The notes: generated from the letters alone by a model not told the origin. 64,000 bases of DNA from Bdellovibrionales bacterium (GCA_965261545.1 CBDHDF010000007.1:539488-603487), one strand, 5' to 3'; shown: positions 31,621 through 43,915, counted from the stretch's first letter. A program made the numbers and translations.

Positions 31621-33533
31621 CCCGAGTTTGACAGCAGCATCTGCGTCAAACGAATGATATTAAAGGATTAACGCATATAGTTGTATTTTGTTTATCCACA
31701 CTTGTGGGCATTAAGGATTCTGGGAGGGATGGGGACGCCTGCGGCTTTAAATAAGGAGTTGGCATTGCCAGTGATATCTGTGCGGGTCCAAATGACTTGA
31801 TCACGAATTTTAACAGGGATAGCCCTAACTTCCTTGAGTTCCCTCATGGCCTCTACAACAGTTAAAGGTCGCTCTTTAACATGACCAATGCCTATGGCTG
31901 GGCTTTTTAGGTTCATCTTCTTATCTCTTAAACATTTTGTAAGGTGGGCCTCACAAAGATAAGTTAAAAAGCATAGAGTTAAATGTCCAATAATCCTCTG
32001 GTCTGTCCAATGGAAAACAGGACGTGTTTTCAAAGTCCCTTTTAACTCACCAAAAGCATCTTCAATTTTCCACAATTCTTTGTAGTTGATAATAATCTCA
32101 TCTGCCGTCAAGTCTTTGACATTTGTAAGGACGGCAAAAAAACCATCAATTTTTTCATCTAATTCTATTTGTTCTGCATTTAATTCAGGTTTTTTATTTT
32201 TGTCGTCAGCCATCTTTACATATTTCTTATAACCTTTATTGGAAACAAAAGTACTAGACTGAACACCTTTAGAAGATAGTTTTCCTTCGATCTTTTCAAG
32301 AAGGGATTCTCTAGATTTTTTATCTCTCTCTGCTCTTTTCCTAGACCAAGTCACAATACATCTATGCCCCCCATGGTCTGTTTCGTAAACAGCAAGCTCA
32401 TTCTCATATACCCAGCTAAAACGATTTAAATCATAGACCTCTTGTTTCTTTTCTTTTTTTAAAGATCCAAGCTTCATACCAACAATAAACTCGCTTTGAT
32501 CCTCACTGAGTTTGTCAGTATTAGCCTTTGATAAAAGCCCCCTATCAGCCACAAAAATGAAACGGCGTACATTAAACTTTTTTCTCATTTTATCAACAAT
32601 ATCTGAAAGCGTCTTGCCTTCAAAAGTATTACCAGGGAAAACCTCAAAACCTAAAGGGATGCCATCCCGATTCACCAACAAACCAAAGACAACTTGGGTG
32701 CAGTCTGATCGTCTCTCTTTACTATAGCCAAATTGACGAAGTTTCCCTAAGTCTGTTCTTGTACTCTCGAAGCGTAAGGTTGTTAAATCATACAACACAA
32801 TGTCTACTTGGAAATTAAATAAATCTCGCCCCACCCAATAAAGCGAGTTCTCTATTTCATCCTTATGGGAGGCAAGTAAGTCCATAGACCGATAAATATG
32901 CTGGAGACTCAAATCACCCTTAATCATGTCTGGGTAAAAAGATTTTTGCCAATACTCAAAAACCTTTAACTTGGAACTAGGAGCAATAAATCGGCTGGCA
33001 ACTAAGGTAAAAATCACCTTACATAAATCAAATTGAACTTTCTCATGAGAATCTTTTATGTCTTTGAGGGTCTTATTGATACCCAGTTGATCAAACAACT
33101 TTTGTAAAATCAGCAAGGGACCCAAAATGAAAGTCTCTTCGATGTAAAGCTCCTTAGCCAATTGACTCACAGTGAGAAGCTCTCGGTGGCGGGATACGGC
33201 CTGCGCCAAACTATTAATCTTATCCTCTCCTCCTTCTCCAGCCTTACCTAAGGACATGAGCATGCGTTTTTTGGATTTGCCTTTTTCTCTGTAGGACTCC
33301 ACAAGGTGGTAGTAGCACTGACCTTTTGAGTTTTTAGTCGTTTGGATGTACATGAGGATATTTTCTACATATTTCTATGATATATCAATATTTAAAACGA
33401 TAAAATCCTATTTTGTTTTCTACACTTTTTTTACGTCAATTTTAATTTTTCCAGCAGCTACCATTATATTTCAGTACAACCCCAATTTCTGGAAATTTCG
33501 CATTTTAACGCAGATGCTGCTGTCAAACTCGGG
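31621..33533 (-). mobile_element. IS1634-type A, copy 2 (intact), with 57-bp direct repeats
   Basis: Same TIRs; DR at 31564-31620 and 33534-33590. Confidence 0.97.
31692..33353 (-). CDS. IS1634-family transposase (553 aa)
   Basis: Uninterrupted ORF with IS1634 DDE motifs. Confidence 0.96.
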   Translation of the reverse strand: MYIQTTKNSKGQCYYHLVESYREKGKSKKRMLMSLGKAGEGGEDKINSLAQAVSRHRELLTVSQLAKELYIEETFILGPLLILQKLFDQLGINKTLKDIKDSHEKVQFDLCKVIFTLVASRFIAPSSKLKVFEYWQKSFYPDMIKGDLSLQHIYRSMDLLASHKDEIENSLYWVGRDLFNFQVDIVLYDLTTLRFESTRTDLGKLRQFGYSKERRSDCTQVVFGLLVNRDGIPLGFEVFPGNTFEGKTLSDIVDKMRKKFNVRRFIFVADRGLLSKANTDKLSEDQSEFIVGMKLGSLKKEKKQEVYDLNRFSWVYENELAVYETDHGGHRCIVTWSRKRAERDKKSRESLLEKIEGKLSSKGVQSSTFVSNKGYKKYVKMADDKNKKPELNAEQIELDEKIDGFFAVLTNVKDLTADEIIINYKELWKIEDAFGELKGTLKTRPVFHWTDQRIIGHLTLCFLTYLCEAHLTKCLRDKKMNLKSPAIGIGHVKERPLTVVEAMRELKEVRAIPVKIRDQVIWTRTDITGNANSLFKAAGVPIPPRILNAHKCG

Positions 33534-33661
33534 AATTACCTGAAATCCGCAAAATTATGACTAGGTGTTAGACTTAAGCCTAGATTTTCTCTTCAAATCG
33601 AACATAATGAGGTTTTATCTCTCCTAAACATTGACGATGCGACGCATCCATAGTCATAATT

Positions 33662-34185
33662 ATGACTATGTCTTTCATATATGAGCAAAAAATCAAGGGT
33701 AAGGTCTACCTCTATAAGTCCACGAGCTACTGGGATAAAGAGAAAAAGCAGCCTCGTCAAAAAAGGGTGTATCTTGGTAAAAAGGATGAGGCCACGGGGG
33801 AACTCATTCCTACAACTCGGTGTTCCATTCCCACAGGCTCTTGGGATGTTGGCTCTCTTCACTTGTTAAAAAAGATTAGCAAAAAGCTAAATTTAGTACA
33901 AGCACTTAAAAAGATTTTTCCCGAAGATTATGAAGAAATTCTTTATTTATCTTTTTTCAAAGTTATTAAGAAAGAGCCTTATTATTTGTATCCCCTCTGG
34001 TGCGAAGACTCTTATGTTTCTGGTGAAAACTATTTAGATTCACGGTCAATAAGTAAATTCTTATTCACGGTTGGTCGTAATGAAGAAGCAATTGAGAATT
34101 TTTTTCTTGAATGGATTAAAAGGAATAAATCTGCTTCTCAAGCTGTGATGTTTGATATTACATCTATTTCTTCTTATGGTTCTGG
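33662..34185 (+). pseudogene. IS1634-type C transposase, N-terminal piece
   Basis: S.WDKEKKQPRQKRVYLGK, FDITSISSY; continues in frame at 47184 once the IS21 and one TSD are removed. Confidence 0.9.
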
Positions 34186-34195
34186 TGTAAAATTG

Positions 34196-34388
34196 GTTAC
34201 GGTAGGAATGCGTGTTGCCACGCACCCCCCGCACAGATCCGGACGTGCTCGTTAAAGCATCCGGCTCCTACTTCAGGTGGTACCGCATAGCGAACCTATC
34301 TGTTGGCCACGGGTGGCGTATGGATATACGAGGCCAGAATAGACGAATCATTCTATCCAACCTCTTCCACGAGAATCTCCGTCCACGC
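34196..34388 (-). mobile_element. Group II intron 3' remnant (maturase C-terminus, domains V and VI)
   Basis: Minus strand: ...WKRLDRMIRLFWPRISIRHPWPTDRF...stop, DV GAGCCGGATGCTTTAACGAGCACGTCCGGATC (34267-34236), DVI hairpin ending CCTACCGTAAC. Confidence 0.88.
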
Positions 34389-34530
34389 TGTTATACGATA
34401 CTTTATTCTGACTAGAATTCGCCTTTATTTTTTATTTTTCTTTGACCATCCCTAGAGAATTATTACATTCCCTTGACTAAGTCTTGTCATAACCTCCCCA
34501 TGAGTTTAATACTCTGCATCAGGAGGTGTT

Positions 34531-34980
34531 ATGATTTTAGCTACTTTTGTATCAACGGATGACCTTGTAAAAGAAGGTAAGAATTACAATTGGAAGAGGC
34601 CATGTAAGTGCCAAAATCCCGGCTGTAAAAGTGAGAAGCTCTGGGGCCATGGCTATGTGAAGAGATACTTTTTTGCATGCTCTGAAGCGGTCTACCTCAA
34701 GCGCTGGCGGTGTCCTCACTGCCACAGTGTTATAACGACAAGACCCAAGTCGTTCTGGCGTCGTTTTCAAGAGACAAAGTCTCGTATTTTCGAAGCATTA
34801 CGACATCGTCTGAACCCCAAGATTCCCAAGGCATGGCCCCTTTGGACAACGAGGCAAAGAGCGGGGCACTGGCTGAAAAAACTTCTTAATCACGCTAAGG
34901 CTTATAATCTGATGAAAGAAAAAGATCCACTTAGCACAGTGGCCTTTTATCAAGAGAAAAACCTGGACATTTTTGGTTAA
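34531..34980 (+). CDS. Small Cys-rich protein upstream of IS481-like transposase (DUF6431-like)
   Basis: C..C...LWGHG...R...R.RCP.C pattern. Confidence 0.65.
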   Translation: MILATFVSTDDLVKEGKNYNWKRPCKCQNPGCKSEKLWGHGYVKRYFFACSEAVYLKRWRCPHCHSVITTRPKSFWRRFQETKSRIFEALRHRLNPKIPKAWPLWTTRQRAGHWLKKLLNHAKAYNLMKEKDPLSTVAFYQEKNLDIFG

Positions 34981-35115
34981 CGAAGTTTGCCAGTGCTCCC
35001 ATTTATTTTCAACCTACCGTTTCTTGTCATTAACAAAGAGTCAGGAAGTTGTGTATCTCTTATTTCAAGAAAGATTTCCAATAACGGAAATTAAATCAAA
35101 GAAAGAGAGGTCAAA

Positions 35116-35654
35116 ATGGCTGATAAGGACAAGAAAATGGAGGTTGCCACCTTTAGATTCGGAGTGATTTCTGAATTTGTTACAGGGTTGCGCCTTGAAT
35201 ATGGAGAAAAAGAGAGATTGCTTACGGAAAAATCTTCCAAGAGCTATCGTGTTCCCTACTCATCATCGACTCGTGTGAGTCGTTCCACCATAAAAAAATG
35301 GATTGCAGACTACAAGGGATCGGGCAATAGATTAGAGGGGCTTATGCCATCGGATCGCAAGGATCAAGGTCAATTTAGAAGTCTTGATGAATCTCTCCAA
35401 GTGGTCATTAAAGAGATCATGAAGGCAAAGGGACATTTTACAGGCATAGCCCTTGTCAATGCTCTACGTCAGCGCGGCTCTATTGGTACCAATGAAGAGA
35501 TCAATATGAGTGTGCTTTATAGATTTTTAAAGCATCACAAATTGCAACAAAAAGAGTCCACAGATCGTAGGTCCTTTGAAGCTTCGTCTCCCAATGAAAT
35601 GTGGCAGTCAGATGTTCTTCATGGCCCCATTGTGGTTGGCAAAAAGAGAAAGAA
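35116..35654 (+). pseudogene. IS481-like transposase, 5' piece (continues 38987-39222)
   Basis: Removing IS1634-type B and one AAAGAA restores GKKRKKVKSYLIAILDDNSR. Confidence 0.85.
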
Positions 35655-35774
35655 CCTGAAATCCCTAAAAGTTGTAACTAGGTGTAGGGCTTAAGTCCTG
35701 ATTATTGTCTGAGAAGGCCTTCACTTTGATTAAGAGATTGTCATCTCTTCAAAAGCATAGTTACAATATTAACG

Positions 35775-37331
35775 ATGTCATACACTTTTGAGCAAAAAAA
35801 TAAGGGAAAAACCTATGTCTATAAAGTTGAAAGCTTTTGGGACAAGGAAAAAAAGCAGGCCAGGCAAAAACGCATCTACCTTGGAAGAAAGGATGAGTTT
35901 ACAGGTCAAATTAAGACCAAAAGAAAAAAGATTCCCATAGGCTCCTATAATGTGGGAGCCTTATTTTTCTTAGAGAAAATATGCGAACAACTAAATCTTC
36001 TAAAAACATTGTCTAAAATTTATCCAGATAATTACGAACATTATTTGCATTTAGCTTTTTTTAAAATAATCAAAAGAGAGCCCTTTTATCTTTACGATAT
36101 GTGGTGTCAAGAAGCTTATGTTTCAAAGAAAAATTTTATGTCGTCACAAAAAATAAGCAATCTCTTATGTGATCTTGGGAGAGATCAAAAAAAGATAGAA
36201 TCTTTCTTTAGCGAATGGATAAGTCAAGTGAAGGGTTCTGGTACGGTAATGTTTGACATCACATCCTTTTCTTCCTACTCTATGAATAATGAATTTTTAG
36301 AGAAAGGTTACAACAGAGATGGAGAGAATCTCGAACAGATAAACTTAGGTCTGATAAGTAGGAAATCTGAAGACAATAAAACTCATACGCCTATAGCGTA
36401 CAGAATCTATCCTGGAAGTATACCGGATGTCAAAACTTTATCGAATATTATTGAGATCATAACAAGTTATAAATTAGATTTAGATTGTTTAGTTATGGAT
36501 AAGGGTTTTTCTAGTGTAGAAAATATTAAGGGACTGCATCGTAAGGAATTGAAGTATTTGATACCCATGAGTTTTAGAACAAAACTCTCAAGAGAGCTTG
36601 CTGTGGCTTTAAATGAGAAAATAAAATCTCCATCATGCTCTTTTACTTTTAATGAGGAAATTTATTCGCATTGCAAAGAATCAATAAAAATCGGAGGATT
36701 TGATTGTACGGCTCATATTTTCTTAGACAAAGAAAGAAGGGTTTATGAGGAATCTGTGTTAATGAAAGAGTTGCTTGATTTTATGAAACTCTTTCTTGAG
36801 AAAGATTTGAAATCAGAAGAACAAGCTAGTTCCTATATGAAAGAAACTTTAGGAAATAAAAAAAGGTTTCTCAATATCTCTGATTGCACTCCATTTAAGA
36901 TTTCTTTAAATGAAGAAAATATTAATGAAGAATCTTCTACGCTGGGTATTATGATATTAATTACAAATAGTCATGATTTAAAGAAAACAGATATATTGAG
37001 TTTATATCGAAACAAAGATATCATTGAGAAAGTATTTTTCTCATTCAAGCATGATATTAATGGAAGGAGAAGTCGAGTTCATTCTCTCATGAATATGAGG
37101 GGAAGCATCTTTATTAATTTTCTCTCTTTAATTTTAATTTCACATATTGATACTGTTATGAAAGATAAGAAGTTATATAAAAAAATGTCTAAAATAGAAA
37201 TTTACAAAATGATGGACCGATTAAAATTTTATGAATTAGCTACAGGTGATCTGATGCTTGGAGAGCTGTCTAAAAAACAAAAGGATATTTTTTCAGCCTT
37301 CCAAATAGATGGGCTTCCCAAGACAAAATGA
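35775..37331 (+). CDS. IS1634-family transposase (518 aa)
   Basis: FDITS, GYNRD...QINLG, VMDKGF, YRNKDIIEKVF. Confidence 0.93.
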   Translation: MSYTFEQKNKGKTYVYKVESFWDKEKKQARQKRIYLGRKDEFTGQIKTKRKKIPIGSYNVGALFFLEKICEQLNLLKTLSKIYPDNYEHYLHLAFFKIIKREPFYLYDMWCQEAYVSKKNFMSSQKISNLLCDLGRDQKKIESFFSEWISQVKGSGTVMFDITSFSSYSMNNEFLEKGYNRDGENLEQINLGLISRKSEDNKTHTPIAYRIYPGSIPDVKTLSNIIEIITSYKLDLDCLVMDKGFSSVENIKGLHRKELKYLIPMSFRTKLSRELAVALNEKIKSPSCSFTFNEEIYSHCKESIKIGGFDCTAHIFLDKERRVYEESVLMKELLDFMKLFLEKDLKSEEQASSYMKETLGNKKRFLNISDCTPFKISLNEENINEESSTLGIMILITNSHDLKKTDILSLYRNKDIIEKVFFSFKHDINGRRSRVHSLMNMRGSIFINFLSLILISHIDTVMKDKKLYKKMSKIEIYKMMDRLKFYELATGDLMLGELSKKQKDIFSAFQIDGLPKTK

Positions 37332-37382
37332 TGTTTTTTATCTGTTTCAAATGTGACGGTGGCTGTGGCTACCACTATGCCT

Positions 37383-38799
37383 CAATGCCGTTTCCTTAAG
37401 CCACCACACCCCTCTGCCTCTGCGTTAAGCTATTTCTTTTAAAAGAACTCCCAGCGCTTTTGATAGACCTTTCATAGCTTCTTTTGAAGTGCCTCCTCTT
37501 CTCCATTGAAATCTTCATCAGCAACTTTATCTGCTTCCTAAATTTCTGATAGAGCCCCGCAACAAAAAGAGGGATGCTATCCATTATGAAATCAAGAATC
37601 AGTTTAAAGTTAGGTTTTTTGTAGTCATTTTTTACCAACTGATTCACACTGTCTTCATCCTCATTTATGCTCATTTGAATCTTTGTATAATTGAAGAGCC
37701 AAAAATAAGAATACAGCTCTTGCAATATTCCATTAAGGCTTGTTGAGTGCCACTGCTCCATTTTCATTGTCGATGTAAAATCACGAAATGTCGTTTCTAT
37801 TTCCCAACGACGAGAGTAAAGAGCAACCATATCCTTCTTGTCCAAGGAGCCATGCGGAAGATTAGTGGCCAAAACAGAGAACTCCCCAGTCTTTGGGTTT
37901 TTATACTTATAGAGATGAATGACCACCCCCTCAATAACCATTTGTGAATACCAACCTGGGCCATTAAATAAATTTACGATGGGGATAAAAGTAGAGCCTC
38001 GCTTACAACGCGCAATAAAGAAGTTACTGGCTTGAGCATGGGCCTTAATAATCTCTGTAGATAAATAAAGCCTATCGTAGAGAGTTATGCTATTACTCTC
38101 AAAACTACCTATCATTTGAATAGCATTGGCGATTTCGTTGAGAGCGGGAGAAAAGCAAAGATTCTTTGTCACACCCGATAAAACGTCATAAGCATGAGAT
38201 AGATACATACGTAAGAAATGAGTTTCCATCTCATTTGGGCAAGGGTACCCACAATAACCCTCCTTTAAAAGATCTTTAGAGCGAGGAAGTGCTAATTGGT
38301 CGCCATCTATGGCATAGATATAAAAACCATGAAACGTTTTTCTCAATGGTTCGTAGTCTGTAATCAGAGATTCAAAGATATCTTTGAAAAATAGGTAAGA
38401 AATACTTTGACGTATCTTGCTGAGACTGCTTTTGACTGGCATGAGAAGCAGGTCACCAAAATGAGTCCATACCGTCTTAAGAGCGATTTGGTAGCCTTCG
38501 TAATTTGTTCCGGAAATAAGATAGATAATGGTAAAAAAGAAAATTTGAGGATTAAATTTTCGATTCCTTTTTTGTTTTTCTGGATCGACAAGGTGCTCTG
38601 GCTTGAAGGAAGAATCAAGTTTTGGTAGAATAAAATGGTCATCTGTGACGCGAACTCGTCATTTGGGGGCTTTCGAGATCAATATTGGATTGCATGTGAC
38701 TTACTCCTTGGTTGAGGGTTGGGTGTAAAATAAAACAAGTCTTATTCTTGTCGATTTATCTAATGATTTCAAGAGATTTTTCTTAAGGAAACGGCATTG
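37383..38799 (-). mobile_element. IS4-family element
   Basis: 18-bp TIR CAATGCCGTTTCCTTAAG (IS4-like); 10-bp TSD CACTATGCCT (37373-37382, 38800-38809). Confidence 0.95.
37396..38442 (-). CDS. IS4-family transposase (frame open to ~38660; likely start ATG near 38695 is out of frame)
   Basis: AIDGD, LYDRLY, YSRRWEIE motifs. Confidence 0.88.
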   Translation of the reverse strand: MPVKSSLSKIRQSISYLFFKDIFESLITDYEPLRKTFHGFYIYAIDGDQLALPRSKDLLKEGYCGYPCPNEMETHFLRMYLSHAYDVLSGVTKNLCFSPALNEIANAIQMIGSFESNSITLYDRLYLSTEIIKAHAQASNFFIARCKRGSTFIPIVNLFNGPGWYSQMVIEGVVIHLYKYKNPKTGEFSVLATNLPHGSLDKKDMVALYSRRWEIETTFRDFTSTMKMEQWHSTSLNGILQELYSYFWLFNYTKIQMSINEDEDSVNQLVKNDYKKPNFKLILDFIMDSIPLFVAGLYQKFRKQIKLLMKISMEKRRHFKRSYERSIKSAGSSFKRNSLTQRQRGVVA

Positions 38800-39295
38800 C
38801 ACTATGCCTCATCTATCCAATGGAGACGAAGAGGACCTTTCGCAGCAAATTCTTATGAATCATATTAAATATATTAATACTATTAAACCTCTCAAACCGT
38901 TGACAGCAGCCAATTCCATAGGAAGAGAGGAAAGTTAACGCAATACATTAAACCTAGTTACAACTTTTAGGGATTTCAGGAAAGAAAGTAAAATCCTACC
39001 TCATTGCCATATTGGATGACAATTCTCGCATCATTCCCCACGGGGAGTTTTATGAGTCCGAAAGGCTTGAGAATATGAAGGATTGTCTTAAGAAAGCTGT
39101 TGAGAAGAGGGGGCTTCCTCAAAAGCTTTATATCGATAATGGGGCTTGTTTTAAGGCTATAAACTTGGAACAGGTCACAGCTTCCTTGGGTATTCAGATT
39201 ATTCACACTCCTCCTTATACTCTGAGGTGGACCCCAATGTCAGACTGAAAAACTTGATTTTTAAGCTACACCACAGCGCACAAAGAAGCCCCGTG

Positions 39296-40144
39296 TTAAT
39301 GTGTTAAATCCACCTCTCCCATATGCACCTGATAAGGGGTGCAATCCTGAAGAGACTGGTGTGGCCTTTTATTATTATAAAAATTAAAATACGTTTTAAA
39401 ACCTTTGTTGGCTTGAACCATTGATTTGTCTTGATAGCCTTTCAAGTAAACCTCTTCGTACTTAACAGACCGCCAAAGCCGCTCGATCATAATGTTGTCT
39501 AAACACCTGCCTTTGCCGTCCATACTGATCGAGATTCCATGATTTTTCAATAATTTTGTGAAAACCTCAGAAGTGAATTGGCACCCTTGATCAGTATTGA
39601 CGATATCAGGGCAACCAAATGTTTCTATGGCTTCCTCAAAGACTTCTAAACAAAAAGTTGTCTCAAAGCTATTAGAAAGTCTCCAAGACAGAACAAATCG
39701 GCTAAACCAATCTATCACAGCTACCAAGTAAGCAAAGCCACCAGACAACCTTATAAAAGTAATATCAGTAGCCCACACTTGGTTGGGGGAGCAGATATTA
39801 AGCCCCTTAAGTAGGTAGGGATAAACCTTATGCTGATGGTTTCGCTGACTGGTGTTTGGACCTGGGAAGATAGCGAAAAGACACATCTTTTCCATGAGCC
39901 GCTGAATCCTCTTGCGGTTGACCCCATGGCCATTAAGTCTTAAGTGAGCTGCCATTTTACGGCTCCCATAAAAAGGGGTCTCCAAGTACTGTTTGTCAAT
40001 TAAACTCATCAGTTTTAAGTTGTAGGCACTCTCAGGTATGGGCTTGTAGTACAAGGCTCCCTTAGAGAGTCCTAGCAACTCACATTGGCGAGTGACACAA
40101 ATATTTGGATGTTTCCAATTGATAGCGGCTTTTTTCTCAGGCAT
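39296..40144 (-). CDS. IS3-family transposase OrfB
   Basis: [29 protein letters not shown]. Confidence 0.95.
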   Translation of the reverse strand: MPEKKAAINWKHPNICVTRQCELLGLSKGALYYKPIPESAYNLKLMSLIDKQYLETPFYGSRKMAAHLRLNGHGVNRKRIQRLMEKMCLFAIFPGPNTSQRNHQHKVYPYLLKGLNICSPNQVWATDITFIRLSGGFAYLVAVIDWFSRFVLSWRLSNSFETTFCLEVFEEAIETFGCPDIVNTDQGCQFTSEVFTKLLKNHGISISMDGKGRCLDNIMIERLWRSVKYEEVYLKGYQDKSMVQANKGFKTYFNFYNNKRPHQSLQDCTPYQVHMGEVDLTH

Positions 40145-40427
40145 TGAAGCTCTCAGATTTTTTTTTTAACCAATCATTTTCAACCTTTAACTGCCCTATT
40201 TGCCGATACAATTCATCAATGGTTTTTCTTTGTTCTTCTACCTCGTTGTTGTCCTTTTTTTTGCTCGCTAAGGCCTTAGGAATGGCTTCAATAGCTTGCT
40301 TCTTCCAATCTTGGATTTGGATGCGGTGAACTCCATGCTTGGAGGCCAACTCTGCCATTGTGTCAGTCTCACGAATGGCGTCAAGTGCGACTCTGGCCTT
40401 AAATTGTGCGCTGTGTTTCTTTCTCAT
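40137..40427 (-). CDS. IS3-family transposase OrfA
   Basis: HTH (FKARVAL...[13 protein letters not shown]) plus leucine zipper. Confidence 0.93.
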   Translation of the reverse strand: MRKKHSAQFKARVALDAIRETDTMAELASKHGVHRIQIQDWKKQAIEAIPKALASKKKDNNEVEEQRKTIDELYRQIGQLKVENDWLKKKSESFNA

Positions 40428-40502
40428 TATCCCCTCCTATGAGGGGCTTTTTACCCGCTGCGGTGTAACTTAGCAACCAGTCTGTTTTTGGGGTCCACTA
40501 TA

Positions 40503-42388
40503 AATTGAAGCTCCATGGCTGTAGATAAGTCCTGCCAACTCACATGCTGAATCAAGTTGATAACTCTTAAATATTCATGCTCGGCACGGCTTGAATCTTG
40601 TTGCTTGAGGTATTGATAAAAATTTTCAAACACATTTGTTGGAAAAAGAATGGATCGGTGAGCCCATCTTACCATGGCTTGCGGCTTACGAACTAAAGAG
40701 GGAAGGATATGTTCAAGAAGAAGACTATGCTCCCCATCAGGTTTTCTTTGATGGCGAGCGACAATTTCTTGCTTCCCTCCTGCACGATAGATCGTGACAT
40801 GATAGGGACCCTGTACGGTTTTACAGGGAGCTTGGATCACCTCATCAGGTATGGAATATGTGGTTTTACCTATTCTCAAAGTCCCATAACCATTACTTTG
40901 ACAAATATTCACCTTACAGAGAATATCTTCATCTCGTGGAGGCAAAGGCTTAAGAACTTTGGCCTCCTCCTCAAAGCGAGATTTGGTGGAGTCACTCTGA
41001 TGCTGATCCATATAAGACTCTAAAAACTGATTCAAATGATCCCAGTCTTTAAAAACAATTCCTTTGTTTCTAACAATATTTTTTATCCGAGAACTGAAGG
41101 TTCGAATATCACGCTCCACATCTCCCTTGTCAGAGCCCTTCCCTGCGCGGCAGGGAAGAACCTTAAATCCATAGTATTGGATGGCTCGATCAAAAGATTG
41201 GGTGTAAATTCGCTGATTTCCTTTAAGAACTTTCTTCACACAGGGAGATAAATTATCAATACGGATGTTCGCACTCATCCCACCTATCTTTTCAAAAAAA
41301 GCATGCACCCCATCGATGAAACACTCATAGACAAGAAAGGGGTAGGCACGAACCCAACAGGTGCCACTACAAGGCAATGTTCCAAAATGGAGATGAACGA
41401 TCTGAACACCATCGGCAAATGGTAAAGCAACCTTCTCCTTAAAATCAAACTGAGCCTGTTCTCCAGGATCATATCTTTGGCTGAAAAAACGCTCCTTGGG
41501 GCGAGAACCAAGAATCTCACAAACTCTTCTCTGAACCGTTCTCTCACTCCCACGATAACCCTCCTCAACTAATAGCTCATATATTTCACGGGCGGTGTTA
41601 CTTGGGTTCAACTTCAAAAAGTACTTCACCCGATCCATATATCCATTAAGGGGATCTGGGCGAGTTCTTTTGGACCTCGCCTTGTACTTCGGTGGGGTGT
41701 TGGACTCACAGTACTTGCGCACCGTCTTACGATTGATCCCTAATTCACGAGATATTTCTGTCTTATTTTTACCACTGTGACTCAGGTCACGAATGCGGCC
41801 GAAAGTGTATTGACTAATCATAAGATCCTCCTCATTGCTAACCTTTTGAGTTGCAAGAGGGAGGGACTCTGTGAGCTTAGTATCTATATCAGAAGAAGAG
41901 ACTTCATTGTCTAGTATTTGAACACTCCCTGAAGATTGGTCACTTTTCATTGGCGACAACCTCCATATTGAAAGTGGGACATTTTAATTGGCGACGGCTT
42001 TAAGGGAAGCCTGTCTTCAGAAAGAAATTCCATGAAAATTGAGGCAAATGTTGGAATCTTGTGGAATTTAAATACTTTAGAAAATGGGCACAGCCTAAAC
42101 AGGCTTTTCTTGACTATATATTTAACCTCATTGAAATCCAGAAACAGTCTACAAATGACAAATATGGAACCTGAATAGGCTGTCATGGAAGGACTCTCCA
42201 ACACGGAGCCCCTTTCCAGGTCGACAAGAACCCAAAAGGAGTTCTTATCAGCTCGGAGCCTTTTTATGAGTAATATCAATTGATTATATGCGTCTCGGTT
42301 GACAATGCCAAAAATCACCATAGGTCCTCCTCTGAAAAGTGGCCACTTTTCATTGGCGACGGTGGGGCATTTTAATTGTCAGCTAACA
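40503..42388 (-). pseudogene. istA: IS21-type A, truncated copy (istA 3'-cut, no istB)
   Basis: Near-identical to 50114-51999; cut exactly at the IS3 end. Confidence 0.92.
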
Positions 42389-42761
42389 AAGACAGTGGTT
42401 ATCATTGCAGATGAGTACGACCGAACCTGGCAAAAGCGTCAACGTGTCTTGAATACATTGTTGATTATACTTTTCATCTTCCGACTTGTTTTCTCTAAAG
42501 GAAAACAAGGTTATGATACAACTTTGATTGAACTTTGGGAGCAGTGTCGCATATTAGACATTGAACTCCCTCAACCTAAACCAGTTCGGGCATCCACTAT
42601 GTGTAGTGCACGGGCTAAAGTAGATGAAAATATATTTAAAGTTTTGCATGATGAAATTCTTAAACAAGACGGTATATCCAATTCTAGTACCTTATGGAAG
42701 GGCCATAAGGTTTTCGCAGTGGATGGATCGAAAATAAATTTACCACGTCAACTCGTAGATA
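42389..42761 (+). pseudogene. IS4-family transposase internal fragment
   Basis: W..R.R.L.T, CSARAK, WKGHKVFAVDGSKINLP. Confidence 0.8.
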
Positions 42762-43915
42762 GTTTCTGTCCAGAAAGGCCCATTTTTTGTTCTCTGACAC
42801 TCCCCATTGAGCCTCCCAATGCCTCAATGGGGGAGTGAGAGTTGGAGATTTGCCACACAAACTCTACAGATTAAGGGGAAAAAGGTCTTTAAGCGACTTG
42901 CGCCCTAGTTTTTTCGATTTGAAGACGCACCCCTACCTTTGGAAGATTTTAGCACCTTCGACCTGGTCCATTGCTGTTATTCCTAATGGATAAATTTAGG
43001 TGACAGTTGATAATTCATGTCTTGCCAAGACAACAAAATTATAGGCACAAACGGCATTCTTTACATACCTCTTAAAACCATCATGCCCTTTCCAGTAAGC
43101 AACTCTCATACCAAAACATCTCTTAAGGAATGAAATAACAGCCTCTATTCCGGCTCTCCAATTGAGAAGATTTTTAAAGACCCAAGCACTTTTAACCATC
43201 TTTAATATTTTCATTCCTTTTTTTTCTGGGAAGCAAACATCTTTAGCCCCCATCTCTTTGGCCTCTTCAAGATTTTCTTTTGAAGCAAACCCACCATCTG
43301 CACTTACTTTTACAGGGCAAGCCCCATAGGTTTGTGTCACTGAATTCATAACTTTTAAAAACATATCAGAGTCTGCGGGGTTGCCATCAGGGATCTGACA
43401 ATCTAAAATCATGTTGCTTTGCCCTGAGGTCAGAAAGATTTTATGCCCAAACTCGACTTCTCTTTGCCCCTTTACAATAATGTCTGTATGCGGTTCAAAG
43501 ATGGATAGGACCTTTTTTTCAGAAGATACTTTTTTCCCCTCAATAACTCTTTTTTGAGTTTGAAAGATGATTTTTTCCAGGTAGAAGGCAACATTTTCTA
43601 ACTGTTTTAGACTCTTTTTCAAAGCATTCATCTTCACACATTTTTGTTCTTTTTTTATCTTTCTGATGGTATCAGGTAATCCTTTGTTCAATTTGGTAGC
43701 GATTTTTAAAAGCTCCTTATAGCAAGGTAGTCTTTCCGCATCATTTTTGGAATTATTAATTTTGTAAAGAAAGGTTTTTGCTCTCTTAAGATCTTCTCTT
43801 GAAATAAGTCGCCAAAAATCTTTCATGACATTTTTACGAACTTTTTTAAATTCTCTTTCTGTAACTCTTATGCAGTCATATAAAAGCGATGCATCCGTTG
43901 GATGATGAATATTTG
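42762..43915 (-). pseudogene. ISNCY/IS5-like element, 3' part
   Basis: NIHHPTD, K.LSIFEPHTDIIVKG.R.VEFGHK, ADGGF, RAGIEA.IS.LKR; end GTTTCTGTCCAG after TA. Confidence 0.85.

Larger units (their letters stand above)
35655..38980 (+). mobile_element. IS1634-type B, full length, with IS4 nested in its 3' end
   Basis: 29-bp perfect TIR CCTGAAATCCCTAAAAGTTGTAACTAGGT; 6-bp TSD AAAGAA (35649-35654, 38981-38986). Confidence 0.95.
34389..39222 (+). mobile_element. IS481-like element, interrupted and 3'-truncated
   Basis: Begins TGT; small Cys-rich ORF followed by an integrase-core transposase (WQSD...YLIAILDD.SR...LYIDNG). Confidence 0.75.
39223..40502 (-). mobile_element. IS3-family element
   Basis: TIRs TGAGGTGGACCCCAA / TTGGGGTCCACTATA; A10 run at the orfA/orfB overlap; no TSD, flanks are two different truncated ISs. 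Confidence 0.93.

Noticed and set aside
41947..42321. 124-aa ORF in the IS21-A left end (also 51558-51932) and the many short antisense ORFs in the track
   Set aside because: No recognisable motifs; they overlap terminal repeats or shadow real genes.
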